Source of the DNA: Chthoniobacterales bacterium
GTDB lineage: Bacteria > Verrucomicrobiota > Verrucomicrobiia > Chthoniobacterales > Chthoniobacteraceae
Length of the DNA stretch: 60,689 bases
Assembly: GCA_038240495.1 (NCBI GenBank)
Contig: JBBSDS010000001.1
Coordinates: 1-60,689 of the forward strand
Direction of reading: 5' to 3'
Shown here in pieces: positions 30,765 through 39,612 of this stretch. The notes under the pieces are model-generated. The model did no database searches. It was not told the origin of the DNA and saw nothing but the letters and a program-made list of their open reading frames with translations. Both the position numbers and the translations under genes were made by a program. The first letter of the stretch is position 1, and every line of letters begins with the position of its first letter.

Positions 30765-31843
30765 AACCAGCGAATCTTCGCGAACACCTTCCGGGTTCTG
30801 AACGGGTCCGTTCGTCGCACGAAAAAATTGGTAGTGGCTCAATTTGCAGGTGTAGAGGCGGCTCTGTCGCGCGTTGGCGACGTGCCGCCTGTGGCCAAGC
30901 AAAGGCGGCCCGTCCAGCGGACAGAGCCGCCTCTACAACGCTCGTTCTCAAACTGAGCCACTACAAAAAAATTCAGCGTTTGGTGTTCCACGTTGTCATC
31001 TTCGCCACCGTGCTCGCGCACGTCGCGCATGCGGAACCGAACATCATTCGCGACCTCGAGTTTGCGCAGGTTGGTGACCAATCGTTGAGGCTCAACCTGC
31101 ACCTTCCGCCGGCAGGAGTTCCCGTAAAGAAGCCGCTCATCGTCTATGTCCACGGCGGGGCATGGCGCGCCGGGTCGAAAAGCGACATGCCGCTGGTGAA
31201 GTTGGTGGCCCAAGGCTTCGCGGTGGCGAGCGTGGATTACCGGCTCTCGACTGTGGCGCCTTTCCCCGCGCAGGCGCACGACATCAAAGCCGCGATCCGC
31301 TTCCTCCGCGCGCGCGGCAGCGATTATCAGATCGACGCCTCCCGCATCGCGATTGCCGGCAGTTCTGCTGGCGGGCACCTCGCTGCTTTGGTGGGTGTGA
31401 CGAACGGCGTGGAGGAACTCGAAGGAATCGTCGGCGAATACCTCTCCGAATCAAGCGCGGTGCAGGCGATCATCAGCCTCTACGGCGCATCGAATCTCGA
31501 AAGCATTCTCGGCCAGAGCACGCCGCGTGGGCTCGGCGTTCGCATCCCCGCGCTGCAACTCTTGCTGGGCGGCCAGCCGACGGATCAGCCGAAACTCGCG
31601 CGCCTCGCCAGCCCGGTCGCCCATATCGACGCGAGCGATCCGCCGCTTCTGCTCATCCACGGCGATGCCGATCCGCAGATGCCTTTCGAGCAATCGCTCG
31701 AATTGCAGCGGGCCTACGAAGCCGCGAAGCGGCCGGTGCAACTCGAAGTGATCCACGGCGGCAAGCATGGCGGGTCGGAATTCTACGACGACGCCCGCAG
31801 CGAGTTGATGGTGCGTTTTCTGGAAGCTTCGGGGACACGCTGA
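30761..31843 (+). CDS. Alpha/beta hydrolase (HSL/BD-FAE-type esterase); 5' region interrupted in frame by a MITE
   Basis: HGGAW, GSSAGGHLA, HGDAD, GKHG. ATG 30761 overlaps the upstream TGA; an alternative start near 30980 is possible. Confidence 0.88.
   Translation: MKPANLREHLPGSERVRSSHEKIGSGSICRCRGGSVARWRRAACGQAKAARPADRAASTTLVLKLSHYKKIQRLVFHVVIFATVLAHVAHAEPNIIRDLEFAQVGDQSLRLNLHLPPAGVPVKKPLIVYVHGGAWRAGSKSDMPLVKLVAQGFAVASVDYRLSTVAPFPAQAHDIKAAIRFLRARGSDYQIDASRIAIAGSSAGGHLAALVGVTNGVEELEGIVGEYLSESSAVQAIISLYGASNLESILGQSTPRGLGVRIPALQLLLGGQPTDQPKLARLASPVAHIDASDPPLLLIHGDADPQMPFEQSLELQRAYEAAKRPVQLEVIHGGKHGGSEFYDDARSELMVRFLEASGTR
30830..30965. mobile_element. 136-bp MITE with GGTAGTGGCTCA TIRs, 8-bp target duplication and internal GTAG REP doublet
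   Basis: TIRs gtagtggctcaatttg / caaactgagccactac; flanking direct repeat AAAAAATT at 30822-30829 and 30966-30973. Confidence 0.82.
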
Positions 31844-31898
31844 TCGGGCTCCGTCTTCTGCCTTCCACCGAGCCCGACATCCGGCAGACTCCGGTTCG

Positions 31899-33188
31899 AT
31901 GCCGGCACGCCCCACGTCTGTCCGCCACTGGATCATCACCGCCACGACGCTGGCGGCTTTCCTCATGTATCTGGACCGCGCGTGCCTCGCGTGGATGCTG
32001 GACTCGCACTCCTTCAAGGCGGACATCCCGCTGAGCAAGGATCAGGCGAACACCTTGAAGAGCGCCTTTTTCTGGGCCTATGCGCTCGCGCAGGTGCCCG
32101 CCGGCTGGCTCGCGGAGCGGTTCGGCAAGCGCATGCTGATGACGGTGCTGATCCTGTTGTGGAGCGGCTTCACCGCGCTCACGGGATTTTCCAACGGACT
32201 CCTGATGCTCTTCGTGGCGCGCATCGGCTGCGGACTGGCGGAGGCGGGTGCATATCCGATCAGCGGGAGTCTGCTGAGCCGTTGGGCGCATTTCAATTGG
32301 CGGGGTTTCTCCAGCGGCATCGTGTCGCTCGGAGGGCGGCTAGGCTTCGTGCTCGCTCCGCTTATCACGGTGAAGATCATCCTGCTCGGGGGGAGCTGGC
32401 GCTGGGCCGGTTGGTCGTATGGCTTCGTAGGCCTCGCCGTCGCGTGGATTTTCTGGGTCACCTTTCGCGAGACTCCGGCGACGCATCCGCGCTGCAACGA
32501 CGCCGAGCGCACACTGCTCGACGAGGGTCGCGAGCCTTCGGGCGATTCGGCGGCGGTGACGCACCGTCGCTTTCCATGGCGCGCGGTGCTCACGGACCGG
32601 AGCCTGTGGTTGATGTGCGCCTACCAGATGCTGACGAACTTCGGCTGGGCCTTCGTCATCAATTCGATGTCGAGCTATCTGCGAGACGTCCGGCATCTCA
32701 GCGAAACGATGAATGGCTACATCTCCACGCTGACGCTTTTCATTGGGCTCTTCGGCCTGCTGTTGGGTGGTCTGGTGACTGATCTGCTGACGCGAAAATT
32801 TGGCCTGCGCCTCGGTCGCCTTCTGCCGCTCTCGACCACGCGCTTTGTTTCCGCGGGCATGTGCCTCGCATGCCTCTGGGTGCAGAATCCGTGGATGCTC
32901 GCGGTGTGCCTCGGTCTCATGGTCTTCTCCACTGACTTCGGCCTGCCGGCCGTGTGGGCGTGGGCGCAGGATGTTGGGGGACGCAATGTCGCGCCCATTT
33001 TCGGTTGGGCAAATATGTGGGGCAACTTCGGCGCGGCGCTGCAGGCCAATCTCGCCGGCTGGTTGCTGGCGACCTTCGACAAGAATGGCGACCAGCACGT
33101 ATTGTTCATCGCCTGCGCCGTGGCCTTCACGCTGGCCGGCGTGCTCTCCTTCGGCATCAACGCCGCGAAAAAAGTGGAGAACGCGTAG
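31899..33188 (+). CDS. MFS transporter (anion:cation symporter-like)
   Basis: YLDRAC, AFFWAYALAQVPAGWLAERFG, GLAEAGAYP, NMWGNFG. Confidence 0.92.
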   Translation: MPARPTSVRHWIITATTLAAFLMYLDRACLAWMLDSHSFKADIPLSKDQANTLKSAFFWAYALAQVPAGWLAERFGKRMLMTVLILLWSGFTALTGFSNGLLMLFVARIGCGLAEAGAYPISGSLLSRWAHFNWRGFSSGIVSLGGRLGFVLAPLITVKIILLGGSWRWAGWSYGFVGLAVAWIFWVTFRETPATHPRCNDAERTLLDEGREPSGDSAAVTHRRFPWRAVLTDRSLWLMCAYQMLTNFGWAFVINSMSSYLRDVRHLSETMNGYISTLTLFIGLFGLLLGGLVTDLLTRKFGLRLGRLLPLSTTRFVSAGMCLACLWVQNPWMLAVCLGLMVFSTDFGLPAVWAWAQDVGGRNVAPIFGWANMWGNFGAALQANLAGWLLATFDKNGDQHVLFIACAVAFTLAGVLSFGINAAKKVENA

Positions 33189-33219
33189 GGCGCGTGCGGT
33201 TGGGCGGGGCGAGGGCTGA

Positions 33220-33282
33220 GGTAGGGAAGGCACGCCGAGCCTTCCGTGATTTTCGGGGAACCCTCGGCGAGGCTTCCCTACC
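33220..33282. repeat. GTAG-type REP doublet between convergent genes (possible bidirectional terminator)
   Basis: ggtagggaaggcacgccgag / ctcggcgaggcttccctacc. Confidence 0.75.
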
Positions 33283-33288
33283 ATCGCG

Positions 33289-34392
33289 CTATTTCAAATG
33301 CTCGCGCAGGAAGCGGAGGAAGTTGCCTTGCATGATGCCGTCGATGTCTTCCTGCGCGTAACCGCGCTGGGCGAGGAGCGGTGCGAGCGTTGCGAGGTCG
33401 GCGATGCTGTCGAGGTCCATCGGCGTCTGTTCGGTGCCGAAGCCGCCGTCGAGATCGGTGCCGATTCCGACGTGCCGCGCATTCCCGGCGAGTTGGCAGA
33501 TGTGGTCGATGTGCTCGCAGATTTTCTCGATCTTTAAATTGAAGTCCTGCGGCTTTGATCGCCGGTGTGCCCAGCCGTGGACCATCATGATCGCATCGAA
33601 CGCCATGCCGATGACCGCACCGCGCTCGACCAGCACCTTGATCTGATCGTCGGTGAGTTGCCGGTTCCAGTTCGCGAGCGCTCGGCAGTTGTGATGACTC
33701 GCCCACACCGGCCCGGAGTAATGCCCTAGCGCATCCCAGAAGCTCTCGTCGCAGAGATGCGTGACATCGAGAATGATGCCCAGCCGCTCCATCTCCTTCA
33801 GCAACTCGCGCCCTTTGGGCGTGAGCGGTCCGGCGTCGTCGGTGCCGTGGCCGTAAATGCCCGGCCCGTAATGCACCGGTCCGAGCGCGATCAATCCATC
33901 GACGCGCGACTTTTCCAAATGCCGCCAGCTCAGGATCGAGTCCGCGCCCTCGAGGCTCAGCAGGTACCCGACGGGAAGCGTCTTCGCTTCCTCCGCGGTC
34001 GCGCTTTGCCAGCGCGCTGCGTGGGCTTCGACCTCCGGCCACGTGCGGAGTTGCAGCATCTCGCCGCAATCTTCCATCGCGCGATAATACGCGAGCTGCC
34101 CCTGCGTCTGCGCCCACGCCTGCTCCGGACTGCGCCAGCCGGGGAGATTGTGAAAGCGCGGCGAGTAGCGGGCGATCTGCGTGGCCACGATGATGCCAAA
34201 ACGTCCGCGCCGCAGCTCGGGAAAACAGACGGTGTTGCGCGAACGGTGCCGCTCGCCGTCGGGCGCGACGAACTGCGAGTTGAGTTCGCAGCGGCGGATA
34301 TTTTCCTGCGTCCAGCGCTGGTCGCGATTGAACTCCATCGCGTTCATCGAGATGTCGAGATGGCAGTCGAAGATGAGGCGGGGTGTGCTCAT
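33289..34392 (-). CDS. Membrane dipeptidase (peptidase M19)
   Basis: DCHLD, SLEGAD, LDVTHL, ASHHN, HVGIGTDLDG. Confidence 0.93.
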   Translation of the reverse strand: MSTPRLIFDCHLDISMNAMEFNRDQRWTQENIRRCELNSQFVAPDGERHRSRNTVCFPELRRGRFGIIVATQIARYSPRFHNLPGWRSPEQAWAQTQGQLAYYRAMEDCGEMLQLRTWPEVEAHAARWQSATAEEAKTLPVGYLLSLEGADSILSWRHLEKSRVDGLIALGPVHYGPGIYGHGTDDAGPLTPKGRELLKEMERLGIILDVTHLCDESFWDALGHYSGPVWASHHNCRALANWNRQLTDDQIKVLVERGAVIGMAFDAIMMVHGWAHRRSKPQDFNLKIEKICEHIDHICQLAGNARHVGIGTDLDGGFGTEQTPMDLDSIADLATLAPLLAQRGYAQEDIDGIMQGNFLRFLREHLK

Positions 34393-34767
34393 GGGTTGAA
34401 GAATGAATCAGGAAAGCAGAAAAGGCCCGTCAAAGCGTCTCAGCCATGGACTTTTCCGAATGCCTTTGGAACGGCTCGCAGTCTTTCCAGCAAGGTGGCA
34501 GTGACTTACATCACCGTCACTTAGAAGACCCTTAAGTCTGATTATGAACTGATTCATGGGGGATTAGCTAACTCTGTGGCGAACCTTGTCGGCGAATTGA
34601 TCCCGGACGGGATAAGATAGGCGGCGGCTGGGCGGTTACTTGAATTTGTCGGCCTTGTCCGGCTCCTCGATGAATGTTCCGATCTGGACGTTCGTTGCCT
34701 TGACGTTCCCGGCGTTCTCATCGCGTCCCTTCTGGCCAGGCGGCACGTCCTTCGGATAGAGTCGGTT

Positions 34768-36171
34768 CTACACATCGCGGTCGGAATTTTGCTTGAACGC
34801 AAACCGCTCGAACCGCGGCGCGAGCAGGTGGTGAATGGCGAACGTGACAAGATATGCGAAGGCGCAGATGAGTAGCAGACCTCCGTAAGCGCCGCTCTCG
34901 TCGCCGCGTGCTTTGAACATGTCGAGCTTGTAGCCGCAGTAGAGCGGAAAGATCATCCCGCCGATTGCGCCCGCGAGCCCGCCCAGGCCTGTCACGGATG
35001 CGACCGCCGACTTCGGGAACATGTCGGAGACAGTCGTATAAAGGTTCGCGGACCAGGCCTGATGCGCGGCGCCCGCAAGCGCGATGAGCAGCACGGCGGG
35101 CCAGACGCCTACATGCGTCGCGGCCATCACCGGCACCACGCAGCACGCGAAGACGAACATCCCCGTCTTGCGCGCGCGGGTCACGGTCCAGCCGCGCTGG
35201 GCGAGATAGCCAGTTATCCAGCCACCCAGGACACTTAGGACAGTAATGATGGCATAGATAGTGACCAACTTATCCCAGCTCTTCTTAATATCTAAGTGGT
35301 AAGTCTTCTTAAAGAAATCCGGCAGCCAGATAAGAAAGAACCACCACACCGGATCGGTGACGAACTTCGCGACAAGGAACGACCAAGTCTGCCGGTAACG
35401 CAGCAGACTACCCCACGGCACTTTGGCCACGTGCTCCTCGCGATCGCTCTCGATGTGCTCGCGCTCGGCAGCGGTGAGCGTCGCGATTTTCTCCGGCACG
35501 TTGTAGAACGGAATCCAGAAGAGCAGCCACAGAAAGCCCGCCACACCAGCAAGGACGAAGGCCATGTGCCAGCCCCATGTGAGCGCGACCCACGGCACGA
35601 TCGCCGGTGCGATGATCGCGCCGACATTTGAGCCGGAGTTGAAAATGCTCGTCGCCAGCGCGCGTTCCTTCCGCGGAAACCAGAGCGCGACCGCTTTGAT
35701 CGCCGACGGAAAATTTCCGCCTTCGCCGAGACCAAGACCGATGCGGGCGGTGATGAATCCGCCGACGCTGCCGACGAGCGCGTGCGCCATCGCCATCACG
35801 CTCCACGCGGCGATCGAAATCGCGTAGCCGACCTTTGTGCCGAAGCGATCCACGAGCCAGCCGAAGATCAGCAGGCTCACGCCGTAAGCGCCCTGGAACG
35901 CTGAGTTGACGAGGCCAAACTGCGAGTCGGTCCAGTGAAGTTGTTCGTCGAGGATCGGCTTGATGAGCGAGAGGATTTGCCGGTCGATGTAGTTGATCGT
36001 CGTCGCGAAAAAGAGCAGCGCGCAGACGATCCAGCGGTAGTGGCCGACGTGCGGAGGATGGCCCGCCAGGACGGCTGCCGGAACGAGGTCAGCAGTCGCG
36101 GCGGCGCCCTGCGGGACCGTGAGATCATTGGCGGCTGCGTCGCGCGAGGAGTCGGATGGATTCGTATTCAT
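34768..36171 (-). CDS. exuT: Hexuronate transporter, ExuT-like MFS
   Basis: RWIVCALLFFATTINYIDRQ, GEGGNFP, FNSGSNVGA, TDPVWWFFLIWLP, AHQAWSAN. ATG 36171 overlaps the GH28 stop. Confidence 0.88.
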   Translation of the reverse strand: MNTNPSDSSRDAAANDLTVPQGAAATADLVPAAVLAGHPPHVGHYRWIVCALLFFATTINYIDRQILSLIKPILDEQLHWTDSQFGLVNSAFQGAYGVSLLIFGWLVDRFGTKVGYAISIAAWSVMAMAHALVGSVGGFITARIGLGLGEGGNFPSAIKAVALWFPRKERALATSIFNSGSNVGAIIAPAIVPWVALTWGWHMAFVLAGVAGFLWLLFWIPFYNVPEKIATLTAAEREHIESDREEHVAKVPWGSLLRYRQTWSFLVAKFVTDPVWWFFLIWLPDFFKKTYHLDIKKSWDKLVTIYAIITVLSVLGGWITGYLAQRGWTVTRARKTGMFVFACCVVPVMAATHVGVWPAVLLIALAGAAHQAWSANLYTTVSDMFPKSAVASVTGLGGLAGAIGGMIFPLYCGYKLDMFKARGDESGAYGGLLLICAFAYLVTFAIHHLLAPRFERFAFKQNSDRDV

Positions 36172-37556
36172 TTCTTTTTCTTCGCGGGCTCGATGTTGAC
36201 GTTTTCCAAAGTGAGCGAGCCGGCGTGCTTGAGGACATCCGCGCCCTCGACACCGCCGAACGTGCAGTCTTTCAACCGCACGCCTTCGATCACCGCGCCG
36301 GGAAATGCGGTGACGACCGCGACGCTGCCGCTCGATGCGCTGGTCACGTTTTCGATGCGCACATCGCGCAGCACGGGCTTGTGCGGGCCGTTCGCGCCTT
36401 CCTCGTAATCGAACTCGATCGACAGCACCGCTCTCGCGATGCGCCCGATCGTCACGTTGCGGACGTGGATGTTCTCGATCACGCCTCCGCGCACCGCGTT
36501 CGACTTGAAACGAAACGCGCGTTCGAGATTCGGACTGTCCATCGTGCAATCGGACACGAAGACATTGCGCACGCCGCCCGAGACTTCACTGCCCATCGTC
36601 ACGCCGCCGTGGCCGTCCTTCATCGCACAGCGGCGGATCACGATGTTTTCACTCGGCACGCCAACGCGCCGCCCATCGTTGTTGCGTCCGCTCTTGATCG
36701 CGATGCAGTCGTCGCCGGGTTCAAAGACGCAATCCTCAATGAGCACGTCGCGACAACTCTCCGGGTCGCACCCATCGTTATTTGTGCCGAGGCTGCGCAC
36801 TGTCACGCCGCGCACCGTCACGTTCGTGCAAAGCACCGGATGAATTTCCCACATCGGCGAGTTGATGATTGTCACACCTTCGATGAGCACGTTCTTGCAG
36901 CGATAAGGTTGGATGAAGTTTGGCCGCAGAAAATGGCCATCGCCATACACGCGCTCCGCGACTGGCGTGCCGTCGGCGCCCTGCTGGTCAAGCTTTGAGC
37001 GTGCTGCCACCTGCCAGGTCGGCGTGCCCGTCTCGCGATTGTTCCATGCCCACCACGTTTCCCAATTCGCCGAGCCGTCGAGCGTGCCCTTGCCCGTGAT
37101 GGCCACATTTTCCTGCTCGAACGCGTAGATGAGCGGTGAGTAATTCATGCACTCGATCCCCTCGAAGCGCGTGAGTACCAAGGGCAGATACTTCGTGGGC
37201 TCCGGGCTGAATCGCAGCGTCGCGCCGGCAGCGAGGTGAAGGTTCACATTGCTCTCCGAATGCACCGCACCCGTGACCCACAAGCCTTCCGGCACTACGA
37301 CCTGTCCGCCACCTGCCGCGTGACAGGCGGCGATGGCTTTGGCGATTGCCGCGGTGCAATCTGCGCCGGGCATGGCACCGAAATCGGAAATCACGAAAAC
37401 ACGTTGAGGAAATTCCGGCGCCTTGATGCGAGCTACAATTTTCACCGATGCATCGGCGGCGGGCGATTCCGCGAATGCCGATCCGGGTGCCTTGACGACG
37501 AAGGCCAGCGCGGCGAAGGCAAGGGAATCGATGCGAGGGGGAAACAACATCGCCAT
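36168..37556 (-). CDS. Glycoside hydrolase family 28 (polygalacturonase)
   Basis: NNDG, GDDCIAIKSG, GHGG, RFKS catalytic motifs. Confidence 0.95.
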   Translation of the reverse strand: MAMLFPPRIDSLAFAALAFVVKAPGSAFAESPAADASVKIVARIKAPEFPQRVFVISDFGAMPGADCTAAIAKAIAACHAAGGGQVVVPEGLWVTGAVHSESNVNLHLAAGATLRFSPEPTKYLPLVLTRFEGIECMNYSPLIYAFEQENVAITGKGTLDGSANWETWWAWNNRETGTPTWQVAARSKLDQQGADGTPVAERVYGDGHFLRPNFIQPYRCKNVLIEGVTIINSPMWEIHPVLCTNVTVRGVTVRSLGTNNDGCDPESCRDVLIEDCVFEPGDDCIAIKSGRNNDGRRVGVPSENIVIRRCAMKDGHGGVTMGSEVSGGVRNVFVSDCTMDSPNLERAFRFKSNAVRGGVIENIHVRNVTIGRIARAVLSIEFDYEEGANGPHKPVLRDVRIENVTSASSGSVAVVTAFPGAVIEGVRLKDCTFGGVEGADVLKHAGSLTLENVNIEPAKKKK

Positions 37557-37837
37557 TCAACATGGCGACCGGAGGCTTTTCGCACAACGCTGCTTTCGGC
37601 ATTGCGTATCTATAAAACGGCATTGCTCGGTGTGTGCATTGCAACGACTCACAATGCAGGAAGCGGTGATTTCAGGCGCGCCGTTTTCCATCAGCCAGAA
37701 ATAGTTTCCGTGGAAGATTGCGTGTCATCCTTCGACTGCGCTCCGCTCAGGAAGACACGCGATGTGGAAATAGTTTTTGGCAGTTGCTCTAATCAATTTG
37801 CCGCGACTGCCTGTGAACGAAACAATCATCTTTCAAA

Positions 37838-39202
37838 ATGTCACCGGGAACCTCTTCCGTCGTCACCTCCAGCCGATTTTTGGCTCGTAGCCTCCGGCTC
37901 GGGATTGCCCTGCTCGCGCTGGCGGGAGCAAGGATAGCCCATGCGGATCTCGCGCTCCTCGAGCACTGGCCGAGCGGCGGAAACATTTGCACGGACGCAC
38001 CGCTGCGGCTGACCTTCGACAAACCGCCGGTGCTCGGAAGCACGGGCAAGATCGAAATTTGCCGCGAATCGGATGGTCAGCCGGTCGAGACCATTACCCT
38101 CGGCGAGACACAATATGTGGATCGCTTTGGAGTAAGTGGCGGGTTCTTGTTACGTTACGAACCAGTGCGCATCGAGAGTATGAAGGTAACGATCCGCTTG
38201 CGTGCGCACTTACTCGGCAACGGTGAGTCATACTTCGTGCGCATCGAGCCCGGTGTCTTCAAAGACTTCGCTGGTATCACAGTTGGTTGGAAGTTCACCA
38301 CGAAGGCCGCGCTCGCTCGCAATCCCGATCGAGTCGTTGTCGCTGCAGATGGCAGCGCCGACTTTTGCACCGTGCAAGGAGCAGTGGATCAGATCGAACC
38401 GCACCGCACGGTACCGGCTACGATCTTTATCCGCAAAGGCCGCTATGAAGAACTCGTGCGCGTCGGGCGCGAGCGGCGCCACGTGCATCTCGTCGGCGAA
38501 GATCGCAAGGGTACGGTCATCGCGTGCACGAATAACGACAAGCTCAACCCCGGATGGATTCAGCGCGCAGTGTTCGGTGTCGAGGGCGATGACTTCGTGC
38601 TCGAAAACCTGACCGTCCAAAACACGACGCCTTACAAAGGCTCCCAAGCCGAGGCCGTGTATATCTATGCCGAGCGTTGCGTTCTGCGAATCGCAGATTT
38701 TCTCAGCTTCCAGGACACGCTCAACTTGAGCGGCAGCGTTTATGTCAGTGGCTGCACCATCGAGGGTGACGTCGATTACGTGTGGGGTTATGGCAGCGCA
38801 TTCTTTGAGGACTGCGAATTGCGCACGATGCACGACGGCTACATCGTGCAAACTCGCAACTCAGCGGGAAAACCCGGTTACGTCTTTCTTAATTGCAAGC
38901 TCACCGCGGCACCGGAGGTCAAACGTTGCTGGCTCGCACGCATCGAAACGGCCAGTTTTCCCGGAAGCCATGTTGCCTTCATCCATTGCCAAATGGGCGC
39001 GCACATTGCCGCCGCCGGTTGGCAAGTAACTTGTCCGGCAAGCACCGCGCTGCGCTTTGCTGAGTTCCAGAGCACCGATCTCGCCGGTCATGCGCTGGAT
39101 GTGACAACGCGTGATCCTGCCGCCAGGCAACTGACCGAGCAGGAAGCCGCCGAACAGTCCGCGGCCGCAAAGGCGCTTACACCGACTTACCAAAAGACAT
39201 AA
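37838..39202 (+). CDS. Pectinesterase (CE8) with N-terminal Ig-like domain
   Basis: DGSADFCTVQGAV, GRYEE, QAEA, FQDTL, IEGDVDYVWG; N-terminal LRLTFDKP Ig-like region. Confidence 0.88.
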   Translation: MSPGTSSVVTSSRFLARSLRLGIALLALAGARIAHADLALLEHWPSGGNICTDAPLRLTFDKPPVLGSTGKIEICRESDGQPVETITLGETQYVDRFGVSGGFLLRYEPVRIESMKVTIRLRAHLLGNGESYFVRIEPGVFKDFAGITVGWKFTTKAALARNPDRVVVAADGSADFCTVQGAVDQIEPHRTVPATIFIRKGRYEELVRVGRERRHVHLVGEDRKGTVIACTNNDKLNPGWIQRAVFGVEGDDFVLENLTVQNTTPYKGSQAEAVYIYAERCVLRIADFLSFQDTLNLSGSVYVSGCTIEGDVDYVWGYGSAFFEDCELRTMHDGYIVQTRNSAGKPGYVFLNCKLTAAPEVKRCWLARIETASFPGSHVAFIHCQMGAHIAAAGWQVTCPASTALRFAEFQSTDLAGHALDVTTRDPAARQLTEQEAAEQSAAAKALTPTYQKT

Positions 39203-39248
39203 GCCGATTGATACTATCTCACGATTCTTCGGGCGGTATTTGAGGAAG

Positions 39249-39335
39249 GACGGAATGACGGAATTTTTCTAACTTATGGAATGAACTGGCGGGGCTTCGG
39301 CCTTCCGTCATTTGGTTAAATTCCGTAATTCCGTC
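39249..39335. repeat. AT-rich inverted repeat GACGGAAT family
   Basis: gacggaatgacggaattt / aaattccgtaattccgtc. Confidence 0.75.
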
Positions 39336-39406
39336 TGCCTTTTCCGACAGCGTCAGCTTAACGCCGTAAGATGATATGATACCGAACGCCTTTGAAAAGC
39401 GGTCGT

Positions 39407-39600
39407 CGGAGGGCGGAGCTCCTGCGACGCCGAAACCCACTCGCGGAGGTCGGCGTTAGTGGGATCAGTGTGGGGTTGTAGCGGCGGTATGACCGCCGAC
39501 TGAAGCTACTGCGCACGTTCACGGCGGTCATAGACCGTCGCTACATTTCGTCTTTCGCCAAAATGAGACGCTACTAGGTCGGCCTCGGCGTCGCCGAAAC
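39407..39600. repeat. Nested REP/MITE remnants
   Basis: GGAGGG-type arm at 39407-39432 related to the 10954 element; GTAG hairpin tgtagcggcggt...accgtcgctaca at 39477-39545; TIR-like caaaatgagacgctacta at 39559-39576. Confidence 0.65.
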
Positions 39601-39612
39601 AAGCCGTGAAAG

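Noticed and set aside
39219-39440. 73-aa minus-strand ORF
   Set aside because: Built largely from palindromic repeat sequence; no recognisable protein features.
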